This document shows positions 10,348-19,421 of a stretch of DNA of 64,000 nt, one piece after another (the first letter of the stretch is position 1; each line of letters starts with the position of its first letter). The notes under the pieces are model-generated. The model did not search any database and was not told where the DNA came from. It saw only the letters and a list, made by a program, of their open reading frames with translations. The position numbers and the translations under genes are program-made. Source of the stretch: an uncultured Desulfarculus sp. (GTDB taxonomy: Bacteria > Desulfobacterota > Desulfarculia > Desulfarculales > Desulfarculaceae); NCBI GenBank assembly GCA_963665125.2, contig CAXXUK010000002.1, positions 64,001-128,000 of the forward strand. The letters run 5' to 3'.

Positions 10348-11334
10348 ATGAGCCAGGGCGGCGGGGTGCTCGTCACCAAGGGCAAGGCCGGTTTGGGCAA
10401 CCGCCTTTTGGCCGTGCTGGGCTCCCTGATGTATTGCCGTCTCAGCGGCCGGGCCATGTACGTGGACTGGGCCGACGGCACCTATGCCGAAGACCGCGAA
10501 AACGCCTGGGACTACGCCTTTGTCTTGAAGGCCCCCCAGGCCGGGCCGGGCCAAATAGCCGGCGGCGACGTCTTTCCCGAACTGTGGCGGGGCAACCTGG
10601 CCAAGAGCATCACCGAGCTTATCGACGAATTCGACCCGGATTCCTGGGACGACGAGATGGCCGTCTACGACCGCTATTCGGTGCGCATGGGCGACCTGGA
10701 CCGCCCGGAAAAGATACTGGTCCGCTGGTCCTACTTTGACGACTTCGCCAATGTCTTCCGCCGGATGGGATACGGCTGGTTCAGCCAGGCCGCACGGCGG
10801 CAAGTCCTGCGAGGGCTGTTGGCCGAGCATGTGGAACTGCACCCGGAGATTCGCGCCGAGTTCGAGGACCTGGCCCGCCGCATGCTCGCCCGGCCCACCA
10901 TCGGCGTGCATATCCGCTACACCGACAACAAGGCCCCCTACGAAATGCTCGACGCCAAGGTCGGAGAGTTGGCCCGCGAAAATCCGGAAGCGGCGATATT
11001 TCTGGCCACGGACAACAAAAAGGTCGCCGACGAAATGGCCGCCAAATATCCCGGCCGCCTGGTCAGCTTGGAAAAGTTGATGGACGACGAGGGCAAGGGC
11101 CTACACCACAGCTTCAAGACCAAACAGGCCCTCAAGGAGGTTCTGTTCGACCTGTACATGCTCAGCCGCTGCCAATGGCTGGTCTACAGCTCCGTGTCCA
11201 CCCTGGGTTTCTGCGCCTCGCTGCTCAGCGGGGCTCCGGAGCGAAACATCCACAATTGCCTGCGGACCAAAACACGCCTGCGCGGGGCGGCCAAGACCCT
11301 ATGGGTCAACGTTTCTTCCTTGCTCGGGCGATAA
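10348..11334 (+). CDS. NodZ-like alpha-1,6-fucosyltransferase (GT23-like)
   Basis: GLGNRL..VDW, IGVHIRYTD, IFLATD, DLYMLSRC; RBS GGAGG before ATG 10348. Confidence 0.75.
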   Translation: MSQGGGVLVTKGKAGLGNRLLAVLGSLMYCRLSGRAMYVDWADGTYAEDRENAWDYAFVLKAPQAGPGQIAGGDVFPELWRGNLAKSITELIDEFDPDSWDDEMAVYDRYSVRMGDLDRPEKILVRWSYFDDFANVFRRMGYGWFSQAARRQVLRGLLAEHVELHPEIRAEFEDLARRMLARPTIGVHIRYTDNKAPYEMLDAKVGELARENPEAAIFLATDNKKVADEMAAKYPGRLVSLEKLMDDEGKGLHHSFKTKQALKEVLFDLYMLSRCQWLVYSSVSTLGFCASLLSGAPERNIHNCLRTKTRLRGAAKTLWVNVSSLLGR

Positions 11335-11378
11335 AAAAAGACCCGGACCCACGCGAAGCGCTTCGCGTGCATCCGGGC
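11333..11378 (-). terminator. Intrinsic terminator between convergent genes
   Basis: Stem CCCGGA..CACGCGAAG cg CTTCGCGTG..TCCGGG with A7 run on the left (U-tract on minus strand). Confidence 0.75.
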
Positions 11379-11393
11379 CGTTAAGGAATTGTT

Positions 11394-12773
11394 TTAGTTC
11401 CGCTGGGCGCCGGTGGAATTCCAGCCGATCAAAAACACCACCGCGTTGCAGGCCACGCCCACTATAAGGCCGTCAACTCCGGCCGGGGCATCCAACACCG
11501 TATTCCACACCAGCGTACCGGCGATGCCCGCCACCGCGGCGGTGATAAACACACCGGCCTTTGCCCGAAAACCAAAGAAGGCCAGGGCCAGGGGCGGCAG
11601 AATCACCGGGGCCCAGAAGTTGTAGGCGTACATCAGGATGCCCAGGATGCTTTCGATGCTCACGGCAAAGACAATGGCCAAAAGGCCGGTGATCAGGTTG
11701 GCCATCTTGGCCAAGTTGAGCTGGGCCTTTTCGGACAGCGGGGTGCCGCGCAGCGGCAGGATCACGTCGCTGGTAAGGCACACGGCAGCGCCGTTGAGGA
11801 AAGAGTCGGCCGAGGACATGACCACCGAGATGATGCCGGCCACCACCAAGCCCTTGAGGCCCACGGGCAGGGCCTGCTGAATAACATAGGGCAGGGCCAT
11901 GTTGGGGTTCAGATCCGGGGCCAGGGTCAGGGCCACCAGGCCGATGCCGCCGCTGATGGCGAAAAACGGGAAGGAGAACAGGCCGCTCCACAGGGTGCCC
12001 CGGGAGGTGTGCATGGCTGTGCGGCCGATCATCAGGCGCTGGACATAAGGCGGCACCAGGGTTTCGCCCAACAGAAACGTCAGAAACAGCGAGGCGAAGG
12101 CCAAAAGGCCCATGCCGCCCAGGGGGGCCATGCGCTCGGGTCCGGCGGCCTTGAGCACCGCATCGATGCCGCCGGCCTTGTCCAGGCCCATGAACAGGGC
12201 CAGGGGTATGCCGATGCCCAAGACGATGAACTGCATGATGTCGGTGAAGACAACGGCCCGCATGCCGCCCACGGTGGAGTAGGCGATGGCGATGCCGCAG
12301 CCGATCATGATGCCCATGAGCTTGTCCATGCCCAGAAACAGGTTGAAGACATAGCCCATGGCGCCCACCTGGGCGCCCATGATGCCCGCGCACAACAGCA
12401 GGCCGAACACGCCGGTGACCACCTGGCTTGATTTGCCGTAGGCCTGGCCCATGATTCCGCCGACGCTTATCGTGTCGCTGAAGCGTTCCATGCGCGGGGC
12501 GATGAACTGGGCCACCAGGATTTCCTTGATGCTGAAACCGTATAGGGCCAGGATGTTGACCACGCCGATGGTGAAGACCTTTTCAGCGTTGCCCATGGTG
12601 AAGCCGCCGCCGATGAACGAGGCGGACAATGTGGCGAAAACGACCCATGATTTGAAGCTGCGTCCGGCAACGGAAAAATGCTCAAGTTTGGTCACGCCGC
12701 GGCCCGCCCAAAGACCTACCGTGAGGATGGCGGCCAGATATAAACCCAGGATTAAGTTGTCCAGAAGGTCCAT
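11394..12773 (-). CDS. Sodium:solute symporter family protein
   Basis: Polytopic; ATLSASFIGGG, YSTVGGMRAVVFTD, MSSADSFLN. Confidence 0.92.
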   Translation of the reverse strand: MDLLDNLILGLYLAAILTVGLWAGRGVTKLEHFSVAGRSFKSWVVFATLSASFIGGGFTMGNAEKVFTIGVVNILALYGFSIKEILVAQFIAPRMERFSDTISVGGIMGQAYGKSSQVVTGVFGLLLCAGIMGAQVGAMGYVFNLFLGMDKLMGIMIGCGIAIAYSTVGGMRAVVFTDIMQFIVLGIGIPLALFMGLDKAGGIDAVLKAAGPERMAPLGGMGLLAFASLFLTFLLGETLVPPYVQRLMIGRTAMHTSRGTLWSGLFSFPFFAISGGIGLVALTLAPDLNPNMALPYVIQQALPVGLKGLVVAGIISVVMSSADSFLNGAAVCLTSDVILPLRGTPLSEKAQLNLAKMANLITGLLAIVFAVSIESILGILMYAYNFWAPVILPPLALAFFGFRAKAGVFITAAVAGIAGTLVWNTVLDAPAGVDGLIVGVACNAVVFLIGWNSTGAQRN

Positions 12774-12997
12774 GAAAATTTCTCCGATGCGCTATTACTG
12801 TTTCTTGAACAGGGTCTGTTTTCGCCCGCCGAAAAGATATGAATACATCCGAGCATAATTAACATAAACGAGTGTGGAATCGAAAGTCTAATTGTGGCTG
12901 TTTCAGGCCGAAGTGTGGACCAAAATAGTCAATCGTTGACCAAAGTTGTGTAAAATGTTATTTACGCTGAGGAGCGCATTAGCGGTTTTCTAAATCG

Positions 12998-14773
12998 GTG
13001 GTTCAATTGGCAGAGACTTCCCTGGCAAACACCATATTCGACTCCATGACCGACGGCGTGATCACCCTCGACCGCGAGGGCACCATCACGGCCATGAATC
13101 CGTCTGCCTGCCAGGTGCTGGGCATAGCGGCCGAGTCTGCAGTGGGCTCCAGCTATGCCGAAGTATTTTTCATGCTGCCGGAAAACGACGAATTCAACCA
13201 ACTCCTGCTGGACCTGGGCGGGGCCCAGGACAACCCCTACGCCGAAGTTTCATTTACCAGGGAAGACGGCTATAAGCGGCAACTGGCCCTGACGACATCG
13301 CTTTTGAAAGATGCCGACGGCGGCGACGAGGCCAGCCGTCGGGGAGCGGTCCTGGTTTTCAAGGACATTTCGGCCATCCAGCAGCTTCGCGATCAGCGGG
13401 ATCAGCTGCAGGCCGAGCTGGCGGCCAAGCACGAAGAACTCAAGGATGCCTACCAAGACCTGGAAAGCCGCAATAAAAACCTGGAAGAAGCCCAGAAACG
13501 CGTGTTGTGGATCAAGCTGGGCGCGGGCGCCTTGGGCGTCCTGTTCTTCATCGGCCTGCTGGTCTATTATCAATTTTTCGCCACCTCCTCGTCGGACGGA
13601 CGACCCAAGCCGATGAAGGAAATCGCCGCCTTTTCCGAAACAACAGGCTCCATGCGCGGGGTCAAGGCCGACAGGGGCGACATTATCGTCAGCGTCTCCT
13701 GCCGGGGCTTTATCGAGCCTCTTGATCTGCTGACCGTGACCAGCGAGGTCGTCGGCAAGGTGGTGGTGCGCAAGGCCGACTTGGGCCTGCACGTCAACAA
13801 GGGCGATGTGCTGTTCATGCTGGACCCGGCCGAACTGCTGCCCAAGGTGCGCCAGGCCGAGGCCGCGGCTCTGGAGAACCGACAGACCTTCAACGAGCTT
13901 GAAAGCTGGAAAAACCGCCCCGAATTCAAGCAGGCCCAGCGGGCCCTGGAACTGGCCCGTATGGATACGGAACGCAAAAAGGCCAGGGCCGAGGAAAACG
14001 AGCGCCTGTTCAAGGCCGGGATCATCCCCAAAAACGACCTTATCGACTCGCATAATGACTACCGCCGCGCCATGGCCGAACTGGCCAGCGCCGAGGAGCG
14101 GCTGTTCACGGCCACGGAAAAGGCCTCCAAGGGCCGGGTAAAGGTGGCCGAACTCAAGCTGATGAACGCCGAAGCCGAAATGAAGGAGTTGCAGGCCAAA
14201 CTGGACGCCACGGTGGTGCGGGCTCCGGTCTCGGGCGTGGTGATGCTGCCGGCCACGGGCGAAAAGGACAAGCAGTCGCGGATTCCCGAACTGGGCGAAA
14301 AAGTCAGCGAGGGTCAGGCCCTGGTGGTGCTGGGCGCCGATCAGCCCCTGGGCGTGCGGACCATGGTCGACGAGGTGGCCGTGCGCAAGGTCAAAACGGG
14401 CCAAAAGGCCCTGATCAGCGGGCACGCCCTGCCCCGGACCTTTGAAGGCGTGGTGCGTTCGGTGGCGCCCCAGGCCGAGATCAGCAACCGCGTTCCGGTG
14501 TTTCCGGTGTTGATCGAACTCAAGCACCTGCCGCCCGAAGAGGCCGAGAATGTGCGTCTGGGTATGAGCGCCTCGGTGCGCATCGTGGTTACCGAGGTCT
14601 CCGACGCGGTGCGTCTGCCCGTGTTGGCCGTGGCCGAGCACGGCGGCGAACCGGCGGTCAGGGTGTCCAAGGACGGCAAGTACGAATGGCAGCCCGTGGA
14701 AACCGGGGTGTCCGACCGCAATTTCGTCCAGATCAAAAAGGGCGTCGAACCAGGCCAAGAAGTTTACTATTGA
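12998..14773 (+). CDS. Efflux periplasmic adaptor (MacA/HlyD-like) fused to N-terminal PAS and coiled-coil
   Basis: PAS (IFDSMTDGVITLDREG..GAVLVFKDIS), coiled coil, TM, lipoyl half-motifs (VNKGDVLF, VRAPVSGVV), VETGVSD..IKKGVEPG. Confidence 0.85.
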   Translation: MVQLAETSLANTIFDSMTDGVITLDREGTITAMNPSACQVLGIAAESAVGSSYAEVFFMLPENDEFNQLLLDLGGAQDNPYAEVSFTREDGYKRQLALTTSLLKDADGGDEASRRGAVLVFKDISAIQQLRDQRDQLQAELAAKHEELKDAYQDLESRNKNLEEAQKRVLWIKLGAGALGVLFFIGLLVYYQFFATSSSDGRPKPMKEIAAFSETTGSMRGVKADRGDIIVSVSCRGFIEPLDLLTVTSEVVGKVVVRKADLGLHVNKGDVLFMLDPAELLPKVRQAEAAALENRQTFNELESWKNRPEFKQAQRALELARMDTERKKARAEENERLFKAGIIPKNDLIDSHNDYRRAMAELASAEERLFTATEKASKGRVKVAELKLMNAEAEMKELQAKLDATVVRAPVSGVVMLPATGEKDKQSRIPELGEKVSEGQALVVLGADQPLGVRTMVDEVAVRKVKTGQKALISGHALPRTFEGVVRSVAPQAEISNRVPVFPVLIELKHLPPEEAENVRLGMSASVRIVVTEVSDAVRLPVLAVAEHGGEPAVRVSKDGKYEWQPVETGVSDRNFVQIKKGVEPGQEVYY

Positions 14774-14781
14774 GCAGGCCC

Positions 14782-15522
14782 ATGAGCGCAGTCCTGGCAC
14801 AAGAAAACGCCGCGGATCACCCCTTGCTGAGGCTCAGGGGCATCACCCGCTCGTTCATGATGGGCGGCGTGGAACTGCCCGTGCTGCGGGGCGTGGACCT
14901 GGACGTTCTTGGCGGCGACTTCATATCCGTGCTGGGTTCGTCGGGCTGCGGCAAATCAACGCTTCTGAACATCATCGGCCTGTTGGACAAGCCGACCAGC
15001 GGCCAATACGAACTGGACGGCACGCCGGTCACCGAACTGGACGACGTGGCCATCAGCCGCCTGCGCAACCAGAAGATCGGTTTTATTTTCCAGAATTTCA
15101 ATCTGCTGGCCCGCCTCAGCGCAGCCGAAAACGTCGAGCTGCCGCTGTTGTACCGGGGCATGACGGCCTCAGCCCGCCGGGAGCGGGCCCTGGAATACCT
15201 GGACAGGGTGGGCCTGGCCGACCGGGCCGACCACACGCCGACCCAGCTCTCCGGCGGCCAGCAGCAACGGGTGGCCATTGCCAGGGCCCTGGTGGCCGAG
15301 CCCGTGATCCTTTTGGCCGACGAGCCCACCGGCGCCCTGGACACCAAGGTGGGCCGCGACATCATGGACCTGTTCAAGGGCCTCAACCGGGAAAAGGGCC
15401 TGGCTTTTTTGATGATCACCCACGACGTGCAGCTTTCCAAGGAAGCGGGACGGCGTCTGCGCATGGCCGACGGGATGCTGCGGGAGGCCGAGGGGCCGGG
15501 GGCTGTGGACAATGCTGCTTAG
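14782..15522 (+). CDS. ABC transporter ATP-binding protein (MacB/LolD type)
   Basis: GSSGCGKST, LSGGQQQRVAIARAL, ILLADEPTGALD. Confidence 0.95.
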   Translation: MSAVLAQENAADHPLLRLRGITRSFMMGGVELPVLRGVDLDVLGGDFISVLGSSGCGKSTLLNIIGLLDKPTSGQYELDGTPVTELDDVAISRLRNQKIGFIFQNFNLLARLSAAENVELPLLYRGMTASARRERALEYLDRVGLADRADHTPTQLSGGQQQRVAIARALVAEPVILLADEPTGALDTKVGRDIMDLFKGLNREKGLAFLMITHDVQLSKEAGRRLRMADGMLREAEGPGAVDNAA

Positions 15523-16693
15523 CGTCAACGCAAGAGAGGCCTGGCGCAGCCTCAAGGCCAGCAAACAGCGCACCATTCTGGCCCTGTTGGGGGTCATCAT
15601 CGGCATCGGCAGCGTCATGGCCATGCTCAGCGTGGGCGAGACGGTAAAGGCCAAGGCCTTGTCCGAATTCCGCCAGATGGGCACCGACATCATTTCCGTA
15701 CGCAAGGGCTACACGCCCGAAAGCACGGGCTCGTCGGGTCTGAACGTGGATGATTTCGATCAACTGGCCAGGTTCAGCCGGAATATCCGCGAGACATCGC
15801 CCGAGGTCTCCACCTGGGGCAAGATCAGGGCCGGACAGGCCGAGGTAGACACATCCATCAAGGGCGTGCGGCCGGTGTTTCTTGGCATCAACAAGCTGCA
15901 TATGGCCAGCGGCCGCTTTCTGACGTCTTTTGACGACGACCGCTCCTTTTGCGTGTTGGGCGACAAGACCTATCAGAGGCTGATCAGCGAGGGAGCCAGG
16001 CCGCCCATAGACGAAGTGACCCTGCGGGGGCTGCCGTTTCAGGTGTTGGGCGTGCTGGGGCCGGCCGAGCTTGGTTTCCGGTCCGAGGAAGTCGACAGCG
16101 CCGCGTTTATTCCCCTGGGTCTGGCCGACCGCATGGGCGGCTTCGAGGGGGCCTCGCGGGTCACCGTGCGCCTGTGGCCCGAGTCGGACCATGACGCGGC
16201 TTCGGCCGAGATCAGCCAACTTTGGAACAAGCTGAACCAGGGAACCTCGGCGTTGGAGATCGACAGCCCCAAACAGCTTTTGGAGCAGATGGCCAAGCAG
16301 ATGCGCCTGTACACGCTGCTGCTGGCGGCGGTGGCCTCCATCAGCCTGGTGGTGGGCGGCGTGGGCATCATGAATATGATGCTGGTGTCTGTCACCGAGC
16401 GCAGGCGGGAGATCGGCATCCGCCGGGCCCTGGGGGCCCAGCGCGCCGACATAACCTCGCAGTTTCTGGTGGAAAGCGTTATCTTGTCCCTGGTGGGCGG
16501 CATAATCGGCATAGCCCTGGGTGTCGGGGCATGTTTCGCTGTTTCGGAATTCAACGACTGGACCCCGGTGGTGCCCATGGACGCCATGGGCCTGTGCCTG
16601 GCCGTGGCCATGGCCGTGGGCCTGTTTTTCGGCTATTACCCGGCCCGCAAGGCCTCTCACCTCGATGTGATCGTGGCCCTGAAGGCGGAATGA
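15512..16693 (+). CDS. ABC transporter permease (MacB/FtsX type)
   Basis: RTILALLGVIIGIGSV, GGVGIMNMMLVSVTERRREIGIRRALGA, YPARKASHLD. Confidence 0.95.
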   Translation: MLLSVNAREAWRSLKASKQRTILALLGVIIGIGSVMAMLSVGETVKAKALSEFRQMGTDIISVRKGYTPESTGSSGLNVDDFDQLARFSRNIRETSPEVSTWGKIRAGQAEVDTSIKGVRPVFLGINKLHMASGRFLTSFDDDRSFCVLGDKTYQRLISEGARPPIDEVTLRGLPFQVLGVLGPAELGFRSEEVDSAAFIPLGLADRMGGFEGASRVTVRLWPESDHDAASAEISQLWNKLNQGTSALEIDSPKQLLEQMAKQMRLYTLLLAAVASISLVVGGVGIMNMMLVSVTERRREIGIRRALGAQRADITSQFLVESVILSLVGGIIGIALGVGACFAVSEFNDWTPVVPMDAMGLCLAVAMAVGLFFGYYPARKASHLDVIVALKAE

Positions 16694-18411
16694 TGAGACG
16701 AACTTTCGCCATAATCTACGCCGTGGCGCTGCTGCTGTCGGCCTGGCCCTGCCTGGCCGCCCAGGAGCCCGCGCCCCAGGCCCAACCCACGGCCGCCGCC
16801 GCCGGGACGCCGGTGCCGCTGGATGTGCAGGACCCGGCCATGGACACCGCCGACATCACGCCCGAGCCCGTAAAAAAGCCCATCCTGGAGATAACCGATC
16901 CGCCGCCGCCCAAACCGGTGACCCAGGGCGAACTGCTGGAGCCGGAGCTGACCCCTGGCGAGATCGGCAACACGTCGGGCCGCCGCAAGGTGCCGCTGAA
17001 GCTGCTGGATGCGGTTCGCATCGGCATGACCCGCAACATCGGCACCAAGAAATATCTGTTGGACAGGGCCACCCAGATTCTGGACCTGGAACTGGCCGAG
17101 CGCATATTCGAGCCCAATGTGTATCTGGAGGGCCACTACAACTACAGCGCCTCCAACAACACCGACGACCGTGGCGCGGGCGTGCGGGTGACCAACCAGC
17201 TTCCCACGGCCGGCGAGTTGAGCTTCCAGTGGCTGCCCAGCAACCAATGGGACCGCGACACCAATGAAGACGGATATTCGACGGGCCTGAGCTTCAGCCT
17301 GACCCAGCCGCTGCTCAGGGGCGCGGGCATAACCGTTGGTACGGCATCGGTGGTCTCGGCCCGCTACACCGACGCGTCCGACAAGGAATCGTTGCGCTCC
17401 CACCTGATGAGCCAGATCACCGCCATCCAGAATGCGTATTGGGAGCTGCTTCTGGCCCTGCAAAACAGGCTCAGCGCCGTGCGCTCCCTGCGGGAAAGCC
17501 GCGAGGTGCTGGCCCGCAACAAGCAGCTGATAAATGCCGGGCGAAAGGCCAAGGCGGATCTTGTCTCGGCCGAGCAGGAGGTGGCCCGCAACCAGGTCTC
17601 GGTGCTGGACCAGGAATTCAGCGTGGTGCAGGCCAACCGCACTCTGGTCAACCTGCTGGACCTTGACGACGACGTGGCCATCCTGCCCATGGAGGGCTTT
17701 GTCTACCGTCAGGTGCAGGTGGACTACGATCAGCTATCCAAGATCGCCCTTGAGAAAAATCCGGGCATGATCCAGACCAAGATCAGCCTGAAACAGGCCG
17801 AGCTGAGTCTGGAGCTGGCCAAGTCAAACGCCCTGGATCAGGTGGACCTGTCGCTGAGCACCAGCAAGACCGGCACGGCCGACAACCTGGAAGACAGTAT
17901 GCGCAACTCCCTGAACCTGGGCGAGGGCTGGCAGGCCGGGGTATCGGTGAGCATTCCCCTGGGCCTGCCCAGGGACAGGCTCAAGCGCAACGTGACCCAG
18001 GCCGAACGCAGCCTGGAAAAGGCCAAGCTGGATTTCAAGCAGACCCGGCGCACCCTGTTGCAGGAGGTCCGCGACGGGGTCAACGACATCAACCGCAGCA
18101 TGCGCCAGATCCGCCTGGCCCAACTCAGCCGCGAGTTGGCCAATCAAAAATATGATATTGAAAAAATGCGCCTCGATCTGGGGCGCTCCACCAACTTCCA
18201 GGTGCTTTCCTATCAGCGAGACCTGACCTCGGCACGGGATTCCGAGTACCAGGCCATTGCCACCTATCTGAAAAACCTGGCCGCGCTGGAGACCATAGTG
18301 GGCATCACCCTGGAGACTTGGAACGTCCAGGTCATCGAGACCGAACCGCCCATCGTGCCTTCACTGAACCTGGATAAGCTGAAGAAGCCCAAGGCCATCA
18401 CCACCGAGTGA
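16690..18411 (+). CDS. TolC-family outer membrane protein
   Basis: Signal peptide from ATG 16690, Pro-rich linker, SLTQPLLRGAG, GRSTNFQVL; overlaps permease stop. Confidence 0.88.
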   Translation: MMRRTFAIIYAVALLLSAWPCLAAQEPAPQAQPTAAAAGTPVPLDVQDPAMDTADITPEPVKKPILEITDPPPPKPVTQGELLEPELTPGEIGNTSGRRKVPLKLLDAVRIGMTRNIGTKKYLLDRATQILDLELAERIFEPNVYLEGHYNYSASNNTDDRGAGVRVTNQLPTAGELSFQWLPSNQWDRDTNEDGYSTGLSFSLTQPLLRGAGITVGTASVVSARYTDASDKESLRSHLMSQITAIQNAYWELLLALQNRLSAVRSLRESREVLARNKQLINAGRKAKADLVSAEQEVARNQVSVLDQEFSVVQANRTLVNLLDLDDDVAILPMEGFVYRQVQVDYDQLSKIALEKNPGMIQTKISLKQAELSLELAKSNALDQVDLSLSTSKTGTADNLEDSMRNSLNLGEGWQAGVSVSIPLGLPRDRLKRNVTQAERSLEKAKLDFKQTRRTLLQEVRDGVNDINRSMRQIRLAQLSRELANQKYDIEKMRLDLGRSTNFQVLSYQRDLTSARDSEYQAIATYLKNLAALETIVGITLETWNVQVIETEPPIVPSLNLDKLKKPKAITTE

Positions 18412-18667
18412 GCCTGGTTCATCACAAACTCGATTATAGTAGGCTTGGCTTGAACAAATATAGTAATGCAGTGTAATCACATATCTATATTCAGTTGATG
18501 ATACAATAGACTATGATTTGATTTTATTGATTAAGTAAATTAGATATCACATAGATATTATTGACTAATATGTGGCAATAGCTCTTGCGGGGTCTTGCTG
18601 CTGCTTTACTCTTCCAGGAAGTTTGAATCAGCACAGAGCTGAAAAAAGAAGTGATTATGCCCTGACA

Positions 18668-18752
18668 TTTTGCCTCCGGCGGCCAGAGGGGTTCTTCGCT
18701 TTTGAGCAATATTAAAAGCTCGCCATCCCCTCTGGACTCCCGGCTCGCAAAA
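18668..18752. repeat. REP-like nested inverted repeat
   Basis: TTTTGC..GCAAAA, CCAGAGGGG (18683-91)..CCCCTCTGG (18727-35), GCTTTT..AAAAGC. Confidence 0.55.
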
Positions 18753-19192
18753 ATATATCTGGCCCTGCTTGAATGCGACCGGCCTCGCGAAGATCATGCC
18801 GTGGCATTATCATTTCCCTGCCCAGTTGTGGACCGCACTGCTCCCGGCGCAACTCCTTGGCTGGGTCTCGCAAACGGCGTGGGGCCAGTGACCGAAGCGG
18901 GCGCCGTGGCCGATCGTGCCCTAGCACCATTGCTAATAGATTGCGCTTAGTTCGGCGCTACCCAAACGGCCTCATAACCTGTCATCGGGCACGGCGTTAC
19001 AAGTCCGGTTCGATTTTTCAAGGCACGTTGCTATAGGCCGATCTGCCCCGCCAACACATACATGCTTATCTACAAGCGCAAGCATATCCCAGGGAATCTC
19101 AGACCCAACTCGAGGCAACCTGTTTTAGGGATGGGGCGGGGGCCTGGGGGTGGGCGGGAAAACCCTTTTGTGGAAAAGGGGTTGGCTATTTC

Positions 19193-19226
19193 TTGTACCT
19201 TGGCCCGTCCTTGGGCCAAGGTACAA
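19193..19226. repeat. Perfect 14-bp inverted repeat
   Basis: TTGTACCTTGGCCC gtcctt GGGCCAAGGTACAA. Confidence 0.9.
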
Positions 19227-19421
19227 CGCCCCGGCCGGAGCAAGTCCGATCAGGGGCTTACGGCGCATGGCTTCGCGCTGCGCCGGGCTGGCCATGGATG
19301 GCCATGGATGCCAGCCTACCTGTAGAGCACGGTGTTGCCTTTATGGGGCGGCCGGTCGAGGCCGCTGGTGTTTAGTGTGGCTCTGAGTGCTGCCCGCGAT
19401 ATGGGTGCCCAAACCTTGGGC

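Noticed and set aside
16222..16689. N-terminal extension of the 729-aa TolC ORF
   Set aside because: It overlaps the permease out of frame; the signal peptide begins at ATG 16690.
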